Part shown: piece after piece, positions 18,847-28,761 of the stretch | How positions within the stretch are numbered: position 1 is the first letter of the stretch | Layout of the letters: each line of letters starts with the position of its first letter | NCBI GenBank assembly: GCA_964609965.1 | Contig: CAZSTS010000003.1 | Span: forward strand, 67,260-131,259 | Direction of reading: 5' to 3' | Length of the DNA: 64,000 bases | From: an uncultured Nitrospirales bacterium | GTDB lineage: Bacteria; UBA10199; JADGCS01 | Program-made: the position numbers and the translations under genes | The notes under the pieces: model-generated | Database searches by the model: none | What the model was told of the DNA's origin: nothing | What the model saw: the letters and a program-made list of their open reading frames with translations, nothing else

Positions 18847-20325
18847 ATGACAGGTAGAAGAGTCATAGCTAAAAATACGATTTATAATCTTTTGGCGAGC
18901 GCTGTTTCGTATCCAGCGACAATCGTTATGACGATTGTTATGTCGCGAACACTCGCTCCCCAGAACTATGGGATTTGGTCTTTGTGCCTGGTTTACGGGA
19001 GTTTATCCCTAAGATTGGCTACAGCTGGTTTGTTGCCAGGGTGTGCGACCTACATGATGAAGGAGTTGTCTGTTGGGGGAGAAAAATCTCCTTTGCTTTT
19101 TTCGAACTTTATTGCCCTTGAAGCAGCTCTTATCTTTTTTGGTTCCATTATTTCTGTTTTGTGTGTTGGTTTTTTTTACAGTGATGCCTATCTGCTTTCG
19201 GCTCTCAAGATTGCTGTCCTTTATAATGTGATTCTTTCACTGAATAGCATATTCAACTATGTGTATCAGGCTCATGATGACATGAGGTCACGGTTTTTTA
19301 TGACGATCCTGACTGTTGGTGTGAATCTGACTAATCTTGTTATTTGGGCTATCTTTTTTCATGGTGTTCGCAGCTTATTGGTCATGAGTAGTTGTGTTTA
19401 TCTTTTTATTTGCACAACGCAATTTTTCTATGTTCAGAAAAAGTATAGGCTGTGGAAACCAGTCACTATAAAAATCAAGCATTGGTTTGGTTTTATCAAA
19501 AAGTCATTCTTTTTTGCTGTAAACTCGCAATTGCTGCCACTCTTTTTGTCAGTAGATGTTCTCATGCTGTCATGGCTTTCTACGACAGTGGAAATTGGGT
19601 TGTACCGTATTTCTTTCACCTATTTGACAATAGCCGCCGCTCTTCCTGCAGCTATGGGATGGGCTCTGTTTCCAATGTTAACGCGCCTGCAAAGAAATGG
19701 CACAGGGAACGTAGAGGCTGTGAGACACTATTTTCCTGTGGTCAAGGTTCATCTCTGTCTTGGAATACTCATTTCTCTTGGCTATTTCTCGTTTGCAGAC
19801 ATCTTTATCCCGTTTTTTTACGGAGAAGACTATCAGATGTCGGCCACTTTGCTTAAGGTTTTAAGTGTTTCTGTTTTCTTATCATTCATCTCAGCATCGT
19901 TTGCTGGTTATTTGAATACAGGAAATAGAGAGAAATTATCGAGTCTGGCTTTGGGGATGGGAGTGGTTTTAAATATCTTGCTAAATATTATTTTGATCCC
20001 AACACATGGAGCTATGGGAGCCGCGATTGCGACAGTCGCATCAGAATTGCTCCTCTGTGTTGTTTATGGATATGTTTTTTCCAGAGAGATTATTTCATGG
20101 AGAGAAGGGTGGATGAAGTTGACATTGGTGAGTGGTGCTTTCATGCTTCTCTTGGGTTGGATTGTGGTTTTTGTTGCAAAGGTTTCAATTATTTTGGGCT
20201 TTCTCGTTGCTATGGCAGGATCTCCTCTCATTATTCTTGTATCAAAGATCTACCCACAAGAATCTGTAAGTATATTCAAAAGTTTTTTAATAGAGATAAA
20301 AGGTTTATTACGATTAAGTCGGTAA
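18847..20325 (+). CDS. wzx: Wzx-type polysaccharide flippase (MOP superfamily) #1
   Basis: 492 aa, about 12-14 TM segments, polysaccharide-biosynthesis-protein family architecture. Confidence 0.7.
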   Translation: MTGRRVIAKNTIYNLLASAVSYPATIVMTIVMSRTLAPQNYGIWSLCLVYGSLSLRLATAGLLPGCATYMMKELSVGGEKSPLLFSNFIALEAALIFFGSIISVLCVGFFYSDAYLLSALKIAVLYNVILSLNSIFNYVYQAHDDMRSRFFMTILTVGVNLTNLVIWAIFFHGVRSLLVMSSCVYLFICTTQFFYVQKKYRLWKPVTIKIKHWFGFIKKSFFFAVNSQLLPLFLSVDVLMLSWLSTTVEIGLYRISFTYLTIAAALPAAMGWALFPMLTRLQRNGTGNVEAVRHYFPVVKVHLCLGILISLGYFSFADIFIPFFYGEDYQMSATLLKVLSVSVFLSFISASFAGYLNTGNREKLSSLALGMGVVLNILLNIILIPTHGAMGAAIATVASELLLCVVYGYVFSREIISWREGWMKLTLVSGAFMLLLGWIVVFVAKVSIILGFLVAMAGSPLIILVSKIYPQESVSIFKSFLIEIKGLLRLSR

Positions 20326-20328
20326 CTT

Positions 20329-21786
20329 ATGAAAGTTTCAATTATTTCACCCCCCAAACCTAAGCACTATCGAAGATACAGATGGTATTTACGTGAACAC
20401 AATTGTGCTCAAGTACGTGGAGACGTCACAAACCCCTGCTTGGCACTTTCTATTGTAAGCACTCTTAGTTTGAATCATGAGATTGAGATTGCGTTTCTTG
20501 ATTTGCAACTTGAGGAAGGAAAGCCTGAGCAAGTATTTGAAAAACATCTGACTTCTTTTCAGCCAGACCTTGTTATTGTTTTGATGAGTGCCTATGCCAT
20601 TCAAGAAGAAAGAATGTATGCCGAAAAGCATCCTCTTACGGTCTCTGTTATCACACCAACAAATGTGAATCCCAAAGAAGCGATTGAACAGTACAGTTTG
20701 AAGTGCCCCTATTTTACATTTGGGTACGCTGTTGAGCAGAGCCTTGCTAGCTGTGTTCAGCTTTTTTTGGAAGGTCATCGGGAATTTTCTATCCCTGGTA
20801 TTTTTAAGAATGGTTCAACTGAAAATAAAGCGGTTCCTTGTGGCGAAGTTCAAGCGCCGCTCATGACCGTTAAAGGGCATGAGATTATTCAAACTGGTAA
20901 ATACCTTCGAACGCAGACAAAAACCCCTGTTCTTTATCTTTTTACTCAGAAAGGGTGTTTGTTTCATTGCATTTATTGCACTGTCGGGTCTGACCAGTAT
21001 CGTCTTGTGAGCGGTAATGCAGAAAAACTTGTTTCTCAAATAGCGTGGTTAAAAGAAAACTACAAATTTGATCAGATTGTCTTTCTTGATGCTGACTTTA
21101 TTGCTGACAAGAAATTTTTTAACGCTTTTGTTGAGGCTATTGTCCCACAAAACCTTCAAATCAGTTATAGTGCAAATTGCACGATCAACACTCTTAATGA
21201 GGCGACCATAGAAGGTTTGCTGAGAAGTGGGTGCCAAGAAATTCGTATTGGTATTGAAACTGTGAACAAGGACCTTCTCAAGGTGCTCAGAAAATCGTAT
21301 CAAGTAGATCGTGCTCGCGATATTTTATCACAGGCAAGACAAAAAGGGCTCAATGTTCTTTTGTATTTTACAACAGGGATACCAGGGGAGAATAAGGCAC
21401 ATTTACTCGAAAACATACACTTTCTACTAGATACAGGGATCAAAAAATTCACGAATGGCAATTTGTTTCCTATTCCTTCAACTGATTTTTATGCAAAATT
21501 AAAGCAAGAAAACAATCTCATAGAAAGTGATTGGCGCCGTTATTATCTTGGCAAAACCCTCACATACAAAAATGGTTCAAACATGTCCCTGCGTCGCTTA
21601 AAGACAATGCAATATTGGATGAGGGCTATGTACTATTTTCAAAGATTAACAGGTAAATCAGAGTGGGGGACTCCTAAAACAAATGTTCTCAATATTTTGA
21701 GTGAGGTTTTTGCAATAGGATTAAAATATTTTTATGATATCGGATCAGCAGTTAAGTGGCGGATTCGTTTGCTGGTGAGAGTGTGA
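20329..21786 (+). CDS. B12-binding-domain radical SAM enzyme (class B rSAM, possible sugar C-methyltransferase)
   Basis: CLFHCIYC CX3CX2C motif. N-terminal cobalamin-binding-like domain. Confidence 0.7.
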   Translation: MKVSIISPPKPKHYRRYRWYLREHNCAQVRGDVTNPCLALSIVSTLSLNHEIEIAFLDLQLEEGKPEQVFEKHLTSFQPDLVIVLMSAYAIQEERMYAEKHPLTVSVITPTNVNPKEAIEQYSLKCPYFTFGYAVEQSLASCVQLFLEGHREFSIPGIFKNGSTENKAVPCGEVQAPLMTVKGHEIIQTGKYLRTQTKTPVLYLFTQKGCLFHCIYCTVGSDQYRLVSGNAEKLVSQIAWLKENYKFDQIVFLDADFIADKKFFNAFVEAIVPQNLQISYSANCTINTLNEATIEGLLRSGCQEIRIGIETVNKDLLKVLRKSYQVDRARDILSQARQKGLNVLLYFTTGIPGENKAHLLENIHFLLDTGIKKFTNGNLFPIPSTDFYAKLKQENNLIESDWRRYYLGKTLTYKNGSNMSLRRLKTMQYWMRAMYYFQRLTGKSEWGTPKTNVLNILSEVFAIGLKYFYDIGSAVKWRIRLLVRV

Positions 21787-21788
21787 TT

Positions 21789-22658
21789 ATGCGGAACAGT
21801 ATTGGAATGCGAAAAATCAAAAACTGGATTAAAGGAAATCCTACTCTCAAGTATATTTATCATCTTTTTATTGACCTAAAGAGTTTTGTTTTTGATTTTC
21901 GTCATTATCGAAAAGACTGGTCAACCTATCGATTCTCAATTCGTCGAACAAAAGAGTCTCTTTATCATCCCTTTTCATTAGAATACTATGATAAGTTGTG
22001 CGAACGCGTGTCTCAAGTTGAGCAAGCTCATTTTATTTCTCTGGAACAGTATATTGATAAGGATCATTTCAAAGATAAATATAATATTGTGATGAGGCAC
22101 GATATTGATTCTCGAGATTGTATTCAGAAATTGCCGTTTCTTCTTGAGGTTGAGAAGAAATATGGACTGAAATCAGCCATTTACGTGTTAACAGATGGGG
22201 TGCTGTATCATCCACAAGAAGCGGAAAATCTTATCAAAGATCTTCAGGCTCAAGACTATGAAATAGGTCTTCACACCGAAGCCCATGCTGCTCAGGATTC
22301 TCGCGCATACATGGCAAAGGAAATTGAGGCCTTTCAAAGATGCTATGGAGTGTCTCCACGCACTTATGTTATGCATGGAGTGATCCCTCGCCCAAAAAAC
22401 TATTGGCATCATATGAGAAAATTCAAAAAACAGTCTTCCAAACTAGAGAAAGAATTCAATATCAAGGGACATTTAAGATATGGTTTTGGTGAAGGTCATT
22501 TTTCTGAGCAAGCTGTCATTCATAATGGTGAAAAAAGATTTAGGTTGCCTGATTGTGTTTCAGATTTTTTGAAAGATTTTTACTTAGGATCATATCTCAT
22601 GTTGGTTACACATCCTTGGTGTTGGAAAACCGATAATTCAAAAGAGGTTATAGCTTAA
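21789..22658 (+). CDS. polysaccharide deacetylase family protein (NodB-like)
   Basis: MRHDIDSRD motif and a His-rich region (GLHTEAHAAQD). Start at ATG 21789, immediately after the upstream stop. Confidence 0.55.
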   Translation: MRNSIGMRKIKNWIKGNPTLKYIYHLFIDLKSFVFDFRHYRKDWSTYRFSIRRTKESLYHPFSLEYYDKLCERVSQVEQAHFISLEQYIDKDHFKDKYNIVMRHDIDSRDCIQKLPFLLEVEKKYGLKSAIYVLTDGVLYHPQEAENLIKDLQAQDYEIGLHTEAHAAQDSRAYMAKEIEAFQRCYGVSPRTYVMHGVIPRPKNYWHHMRKFKKQSSKLEKEFNIKGHLRYGFGEGHFSEQAVIHNGEKRFRLPDCVSDFLKDFYLGSYLMLVTHPWCWKTDNSKEVIA

Positions 22659-22659
22659 A

Positions 22660-23475
22660 ATGATAGCCCTAAATGCCTTAAAAACAGTTCAATATAATGC
22701 TGTTGCCAAAACTCTTGATCTAAAACGACAGCATTCTTTTCTGGATGTTGGTTGTGCCACAGGCCGGCAATATATTTGCTTGGCAAAGAATACTTCCCGT
22801 GCTGTGGGAATTGATGTTAACGATGAAGCCATTTTAGCGACAAAGAAGCTGATTGAAAAGAAAAGACTAGGAAACATTGAAGCACAAGTTGTTGATGGAG
22901 AAAGCATTCCCTTTGCAGATCATGCATATGATCGTGTTCTTTGTGCAGATGTCGTTTCTATTGCCACTCACCCTGTTGGCCTTATCCAAGAATCCTTAAG
23001 AGTTCTCAAAAATGATGGCGCCTTAGTGATTTGTAATGGTACGGGCTATAAAACCATCCGAGATTTTTACCAATCCACTTCATTTTTTAAGAAATGTCTC
23101 AGATCAGTTTTATTAAAAATAACAGCCCTTCCCAAAACCTTGCTTCAGTTCTATCGCAGTCGCATTGCCAGAAACATTCAATTTTCAGATCAAGAATTGA
23201 TGCAAAGGTATGAGGATGTTGAGATTCATTTAGAGAGAGTGATTAAAGAATCTGGCGGTGTTGTTTGCAAAAAAAGACATAGTTTTTGTGGGCCCAATGA
23301 ATGGCTGATGGCCTGGATTCATCTGATAACTTGCGCTTTGAAGCTGCCAGTGAGCACAGTTAAATTTATTTCATTGGGTTTTTTGCCTTTGTTTCTTTTG
23401 TTGGAATTTCTGTTTTCAAAAAGGCAAGGGTTGTCAGTTATTTATTTAGTGAAGAAAAATTCTTCTTATGAGTGA
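22660..23475 (+). CDS. class I SAM-dependent methyltransferase
   Basis: LDVGCATGRQ motif I. Hydrophobic C-terminal segment. Confidence 0.7.
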   Translation: MIALNALKTVQYNAVAKTLDLKRQHSFLDVGCATGRQYICLAKNTSRAVGIDVNDEAILATKKLIEKKRLGNIEAQVVDGESIPFADHAYDRVLCADVVSIATHPVGLIQESLRVLKNDGALVICNGTGYKTIRDFYQSTSFFKKCLRSVLLKITALPKTLLQFYRSRIARNIQFSDQELMQRYEDVEIHLERVIKESGGVVCKKRHSFCGPNEWLMAWIHLITCALKLPVSTVKFISLGFLPLFLLLEFLFSKRQGLSVIYLVKKNSSYE

Positions 23476-24985
23476 ATTTATTGTTTCAATATTTCTCGTT
23501 TTTCTTTTACGACTCTTCTTTCCAGTTGTGTTCCTTTTGACTGGTCGTACAATGACGGCCTCAGATGGTGTGTCTCATATTTGTACCACTGTTCTCATGC
23601 GTCGAAATGGGCATAGGCCTTTTGTCCGTATGCCACGCACAGAACAAAGTGGAGAGAATTATCCATGGCTTTACTCTTGGATTCTTTCGTTTTTACCAGA
23701 GCGACTGATTATGTCAGTGAGTTTGTTGACAGGAACGGTTATAGATACTCTTCTTTATGGATTGTTGGTGTTTGTGATGAAGCAATCAGGTCTTGTCCCA
23801 TTCATTGATCAGAAGATTCTGTTTCTATTTGCAGCACTCTTTGTTTTTACCCCACATCTGACGCGATTAACAACAGGCCGGATTGTTCCGCGGCCAAGGC
23901 CTCTTGGCGTTTTGCTGGGAAATCTCTTGTTTCTTTTCTTGTGGAGCTATCTCAGCACTGATCTTTGGATATGGTACTGTGCAGCTATCTTAGTTTATGT
24001 CCCTCTTTGCTTAACGAGCAAGTTTGCAGTTCAAGCAGCAGTGAGTATTTCTGTTCTTTTAGGGATTTTTACTGGGAAGCTGTTGCTCTTAGTGTTTCCT
24101 GTTCTAGCTATTGGTTTCAGTGTTCTCATCACGTGGGGGCAAAGTTGGGTTTTGTTTGTTGGTCAAATTAGGCACTCTGTTGTGTATTGGAAGAAAAATT
24201 ATGAATTTGTGAGGGAGAAAAACACATTTACGTTTCCTCGCAAGATGAATCTTTCTGAAATAAAAAGATGTCTTTACGTTTATTCAGAAAATTCTTTTAT
24301 TTTGGTGTTAACGGGATTGCCTTTTTTGATCCCTTTATTTTTGCTTTATTTCCGTACAAGTCATCTCTTAGAGCCAAATGTTCAATATTTGTTTGTGTGG
24401 ATCATGGCAGCTCTTACAGTGATGCTAATGACGTCTTTTTGGAAATTCAAAGTATTTGGTCAGGCGGAAAGATATCTTGATTTCGCTTTATTCCCTTATT
24501 TTCTTCTTCTTTTTGCTTTTTACAGCCAGATGTCATCATTACTTTTAGTAGCTTTACTGGCTTATGGTTTCTTAATGTATATAATTCATCTCATAGTGCA
24601 TATTTATGCTTACGGCACACCAAAGGGAGAAGTCAGAAAGCAGATTGAAGGGTATCAGTGGTTGAATCGTTTTCAGGATGAGTTGAAGGTCATTTCGATT
24701 CCTTACACATTGTCTCGCTATGGGCTTATGTACACGAAACATGTTTACCCTTTTACACAGGGTATTCCTAAAGAAAGACAACATGAGTTTGAGTTGATTT
24801 ATTCAAAATACCCGTACCCTCCTCATGATATGAAAAGGACTATTGAACATTACAACATAGACTTTGTTGTGAAAAAGAAAAAGAAGCTTAAACAGATGTC
24901 ATTCCACCCTTTGGAAAACTGTGTTTTCGAGAATTCTGAAGTGGCTGTTTATGATGTCAGAGAAAATAAAACTGATGTTAATTGA
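23468..24985 (+). CDS. polytopic membrane protein (>=10 TM), possible Wzy-type polymerase or glycan-modifying membrane enzyme
   Basis: Hydropathy only. No recognisable soluble domain. Confidence 0.35.
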   Translation: MSEFIVSIFLVFLLRLFFPVVFLLTGRTMTASDGVSHICTTVLMRRNGHRPFVRMPRTEQSGENYPWLYSWILSFLPERLIMSVSLLTGTVIDTLLYGLLVFVMKQSGLVPFIDQKILFLFAALFVFTPHLTRLTTGRIVPRPRPLGVLLGNLLFLFLWSYLSTDLWIWYCAAILVYVPLCLTSKFAVQAAVSISVLLGIFTGKLLLLVFPVLAIGFSVLITWGQSWVLFVGQIRHSVVYWKKNYEFVREKNTFTFPRKMNLSEIKRCLYVYSENSFILVLTGLPFLIPLFLLYFRTSHLLEPNVQYLFVWIMAALTVMLMTSFWKFKVFGQAERYLDFALFPYFLLLFAFYSQMSSLLLVALLAYGFLMYIIHLIVHIYAYGTPKGEVRKQIEGYQWLNRFQDELKVISIPYTLSRYGLMYTKHVYPFTQGIPKERQHEFELIYSKYPYPPHDMKRTIEHYNIDFVVKKKKKLKQMSFHPLENCVFENSEVAVYDVRENKTDVN

Positions 24986-25676
24986 GATCACAGGCAGTTC
25001 TGGTGCAGGAAAAACAACTTTGGCACAGCGCCTAGCTGCTGAAATACAACGGCAGGGCAGGCAAGTGGTTCTTCAGCTCGATGCGGGGACTTCTTTGTTG
25101 TTACGATTCTTTCAAGAAATAAGGGGTTTGTGGGTCTTGTTAACAAGGCGCAAACAGTATTTTCATTTATTTAGATTTTGTTATTCTTATTCTTGGAAAC
25201 ATCGTGATGGCATCTTGTCGTGGATCACTATCCTGAGAAGTCTTTTAAGAAAAATCAGCATTGATAATTATTATCGAGCAAGGTCTCAGGGAGACACCAT
25301 CACCATCATTGATGAGGGATTACTTCATCTTGCTCATAATTTGTTTGTAACTTTAAAAGAGGATTCTCAAGATCAGGACATTTCAGAGTTTTTTCAGAAA
25401 ACGCTTTTTCCTGATCTCATAGTATGTGTTCAGGCTGATTTAGATCTTCTCAAAAAAAGAGGGGTTCAGAGAAAAGATCCTCCCCGAAGATTGCGCCACT
25501 CACATGAGTTGTTATTGTTTATTGAAAAGGCGCATGCTTTGTATGGGCGAATCATTCAGGATCCACGTTTTTTCAACAAGGCGTACATTGTTGATGCATT
25601 AGATTTAGATGAATCTCTTATTGAATCAACGTGTCAGAAAATTATTCAAAAAATTAGTCTGATAAATAAAGGTTAG
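24975..25676 (+). CDS. P-loop kinase, dNMP/deoxynucleoside-kinase-like fold
   Basis: Walker A ITGSSGAGKTT, IIDEG, and a PDLIVCVQADLDLLKKR lid-like region. The start could also be ATG 24951 or 24921. Confidence 0.5.
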   Translation: MLIEITGSSGAGKTTLAQRLAAEIQRQGRQVVLQLDAGTSLLLRFFQEIRGLWVLLTRRKQYFHLFRFCYSYSWKHRDGILSWITILRSLLRKISIDNYYRARSQGDTITIIDEGLLHLAHNLFVTLKEDSQDQDISEFFQKTLFPDLIVCVQADLDLLKKRGVQRKDPPRRLRHSHELLLFIEKAHALYGRIIQDPRFFNKAYIVDALDLDESLIESTCQKIIQKISLINKG

Positions 25677-25785
25677 GAATGCTTGTATTAGTTCAAAAAA
25701 CATTTCTCCAATTCAAAGAGAGCGGTATTATGTTTTGTCAGGAAATTGTTTGCGTATTATTGAGATTGGAATGTATTGTTGTCAC

Positions 25786-27186
25786 ATGTTTTCCAAGAAA
25801 AAAATTATAATATTCACCTTTTTTTGTTTACTGATTATCTTTGTTATTTTCCATGATTTGTTTCATGAGGGATTCTATCAATTGAAATGGCACTATAAAT
25901 GGAGGATTGTCGAAGCAATGCAAGAACAGGCCCCTGTCAGCGTAAACAATATTCTATCTCTAACAAAAGGATATGCTCAGGGAGGAATTGTTGTTGGTGG
26001 TGTTGCCTATTTGGCAGCGGATCAATCAAACTCCATTGCTTCGTTTGCCAAGCCCGCTGATTATCCTTTTGCAGCCTCCTTTCAAGCCGGTACGTTGATT
26101 CCAGTAAAAGAATATGGCTTTGAAGATACATATGATAGCACGCCACTGATCATGACAAGCTCGGATGGAAAAAAATTATTGATTATGCATGAATATAAGC
26201 AACAAAGATCAAAGGCCATTGATTTGGAAACTGGCGAAACAGAGTGGGTGAGTGATGCAAATCAACCAGGGCATTCTTTTTTTGGGTTTTCCTATTATAT
26301 TCGAAAAAATGAATCAGATCTTATTTTAGTTGAGGCAGATAATGGGTTGCATGCCATTTCACTTGATACGGGACAAACCGTTTGGTGGCTTGAAAGAGAG
26401 GGTGGGGCCACGCCGGCGGTCGACCAGAAACAAGGGATTATCTATTTTCAGTCCCGTGGACGGCTTGACAAGATTAATGCATCAACTGGGCAAGTCATTG
26501 TTTCAAAAAAGATCCATAGTTATACCAAAATTTATTCAACTGCCACCGTGCTTATTAACGATGCGAACGGATATAATGTTGCTACTTATTGGTACGGACG
26601 ACCTCTTTATCGATCCAGCCTGAAAATATTTGATGCAGATCTAAATTTAAAATGGGAAAAGGAGAAATTGGCAGGGGGGCCGAAGACAACGATTTCTTAT
26701 GGAAATGGAAGGATATATTTAGGATCAGGTGATTTTTCGTATCCTTATTCTCAAAATGATTCAAAATGGAAACATATTCGTGCTTATGATGTGAAAACAG
26801 GCAAGATCATTTGGACAAGAAGGTTGTCGTCATATGCTTACGATGATATTCCCAATGTCATTTATGTTAACGAATTTATAATAGCTGAAACTCAAAGTAG
26901 AAGATATTCGAATCATCTCATTTTTGTGCTCAATGCAAGCGATGGCAGTATTTTACAATTTTTAGATACAGGCTCTCCCGCAAGTAGTTGCGCTCCACCT
27001 CTTTTTTCTGGGGGGAGATTGTTGACTGGCAATCTTTTTACAGACAGTTTTGTTGTTGTTGAACTCGGATTGGGTGAGATAGTTGATTGGCGTGGCGCTT
27101 TTGGCGACCCACAGCTTCATCATATGGCTGCAGATTCAAAAGCTCTCACAAAGTTGTACGATAGCCCCAAAATCATGAGAGATTAA
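25786..27186 (+). CDS. PQQ-repeat beta-propeller protein with N-terminal signal anchor (BamB-like fold)
   Basis: Repeated beta-propeller blades (G.IYFQSRGRLDKINASTGQ, GRIYLGSGD, VKTGKIIW). Hydrophobic N-terminus IIIFTFFCLLIIFVIF. Confidence 0.6.
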   Translation: MFSKKKIIIFTFFCLLIIFVIFHDLFHEGFYQLKWHYKWRIVEAMQEQAPVSVNNILSLTKGYAQGGIVVGGVAYLAADQSNSIASFAKPADYPFAASFQAGTLIPVKEYGFEDTYDSTPLIMTSSDGKKLLIMHEYKQQRSKAIDLETGETEWVSDANQPGHSFFGFSYYIRKNESDLILVEADNGLHAISLDTGQTVWWLEREGGATPAVDQKQGIIYFQSRGRLDKINASTGQVIVSKKIHSYTKIYSTATVLINDANGYNVATYWYGRPLYRSSLKIFDADLNLKWEKEKLAGGPKTTISYGNGRIYLGSGDFSYPYSQNDSKWKHIRAYDVKTGKIIWTRRLSSYAYDDIPNVIYVNEFIIAETQSRRYSNHLIFVLNASDGSILQFLDTGSPASSCAPPLFSGGRLLTGNLFTDSFVVVELGLGEIVDWRGAFGDPQLHHMAADSKALTKLYDSPKIMRD

Positions 27187-27291
27187 TATATTATGTTTAT
27201 CGAAAAGAAGTTTTTTTGAGAAAAACAAAAGTCGATGTTGAAAAATTAGCTAAGAGTCTTCTCTCTTGCCAAAAACCTAAAATCGTAAAAT

Positions 27292-28761
27292 ATGACATTG
27301 CCACTTGTTGAAAAAATATTTTCTCAGTTTTCAGAATCTCGAATTTTCTTTTGTCACTTCAAAAGTAACAACAGGCTCAAGGAAGCGCTTGAGGGAGAAG
27401 GTGATCTTGATCTTCTCTTTCACAAAAAAGACAGAGCTGCTGTAGAGAGTGTTTTACGTGAGTGTGGTATTATTCGATTTGTCAGATCTTGTCAGGATTC
27501 CCCAGCAGATATTGAACATTATTATGGTTTTGATGCGAATACAGGAACATTTGTTCATTTTCATCTTTATTATCATCTTGTTACAGGAGGGGCTCTTCTC
27601 AAAAATCATCACCTTGCCTGCGAAAGGGAATTAATAAATCGCTCAAACAGTAATGAGTTGGTTCCAACGCCTTGGTTGCAGGATGAATACAGTCTTCTTA
27701 TCGCACGCAAAATGGTTGAATCAGCATCTCTGCTTGAATCAATATTTTTATGGCGTGAATATGATCATTTTTTAGCAGAGTTGATTTGGTTAGAACAGAA
27801 ATTAAAACAAACCTCATCATCTGAAAATGAGACAATCCCTTTATTAAAGGAAATACCTGAGTCTCTTTTTCGAGATGCTTCTTTAGCTTTCAAGAGTAAG
27901 AAATCTTGGTTGAAGAGACGAGAGCTAGGTAAGATGTTTTGTTATTTTTTGAAGCCATATCAAATTCGCAGTTCTTTTGTGGCTTCAGTCTCTCGTGTTT
28001 TGATTCTTTTGAAGAAAATATTTAAGAAGATTCAAAAAACAAATAAGCTTGTTATGCCACAATCAGGCTTGTTGGTGGCTATTCTTGGTCCTGATCTTTC
28101 AGGGAAGAGCACCCTCACTCAGGAATTGGGAAAAAAATTTAGCAAACACTTTCAAGCAAAAGTCATTCATTCTGGAAAACCTCCTGCGTCCTGTTTGACA
28201 TTTTTTCCTAGGTTATTTCGTCGTTTTTTGAGGTTGTTTTATCTCAATGAACGCGCTGTTGACGCCGCTAATAGAAAAATGCCAGCGATTATCAAAAAAA
28301 CTTCCCTTATTTTCGCTATTCGCTGTTGTGTGATTGCTTATGATCGAATGCGAGTGGTTAAAAAAGCAAGAAACAAGGTGCAAAAGGGTTGTTTGGTTTT
28401 CAGTGATCGTTATCCAGGCCGCATACTTGGAAGTCCTGATGGTCCTGAGATTAATTCTATGAGACCACAAAACAAAGTGGTTCAAATGCTTGGCTCCTTG
28501 GAAGAATGGCTTTATCATCGTGTCTCAAAACCAGATGTTGTTTTGAATTTGACGGTTTCTTTGGGTGTTGCAAGACAACGCAACGAATCTCGCTCAAAGG
28601 TAGACAAAGAGACAGATGAGTATCTAAAAAAACTTTATGTGGCTGATAAACAAGAAAGTATTGATGGATCAATTTCTCATACGATAAATACTGGGGACAA
28701 ACTGGATGAGACGCTTTTACAAGCTTGTTCTTGTGTATGGAAAGAATTGGAAAAGACATGA
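27292..28761 (+). CDS. two-domain protein: N-terminal domain of unknown function (weak NTase-like GEGDLDLLF) + C-terminal thymidylate-kinase-like P-loop domain
   Basis: Walker A ILGPDLSGKST, DRY motif FSDRYPG, PDVVLNLTVSLGVARQR lid, as in the dTMP kinase family. Confidence 0.5.
   Translation: MTLPLVEKIFSQFSESRIFFCHFKSNNRLKEALEGEGDLDLLFHKKDRAAVESVLRECGIIRFVRSCQDSPADIEHYYGFDANTGTFVHFHLYYHLVTGGALLKNHHLACERELINRSNSNELVPTPWLQDEYSLLIARKMVESASLLESIFLWREYDHFLAELIWLEQKLKQTSSSENETIPLLKEIPESLFRDASLAFKSKKSWLKRRELGKMFCYFLKPYQIRSSFVASVSRVLILLKKIFKKIQKTNKLVMPQSGLLVAILGPDLSGKSTLTQELGKKFSKHFQAKVIHSGKPPASCLTFFPRLFRRFLRLFYLNERAVDAANRKMPAIIKKTSLIFAIRCCVIAYDRMRVVKKARNKVQKGCLVFSDRYPGRILGSPDGPEINSMRPQNKVVQMLGSLEEWLYHRVSKPDVVLNLTVSLGVARQRNESRSKVDKETDEYLKKLYVADKQESIDGSISHTINTGDKLDETLLQACSCVWKELEKT

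Noticed and set aside
20097-20363. 88-aa ORF spanning the wzx/radical-SAM junction, and similar internal same-strand or antisense ORFs throughout the glycan genes
   Set aside because: Nested in alternative frames of strongly supported CDSs. No independent signals.
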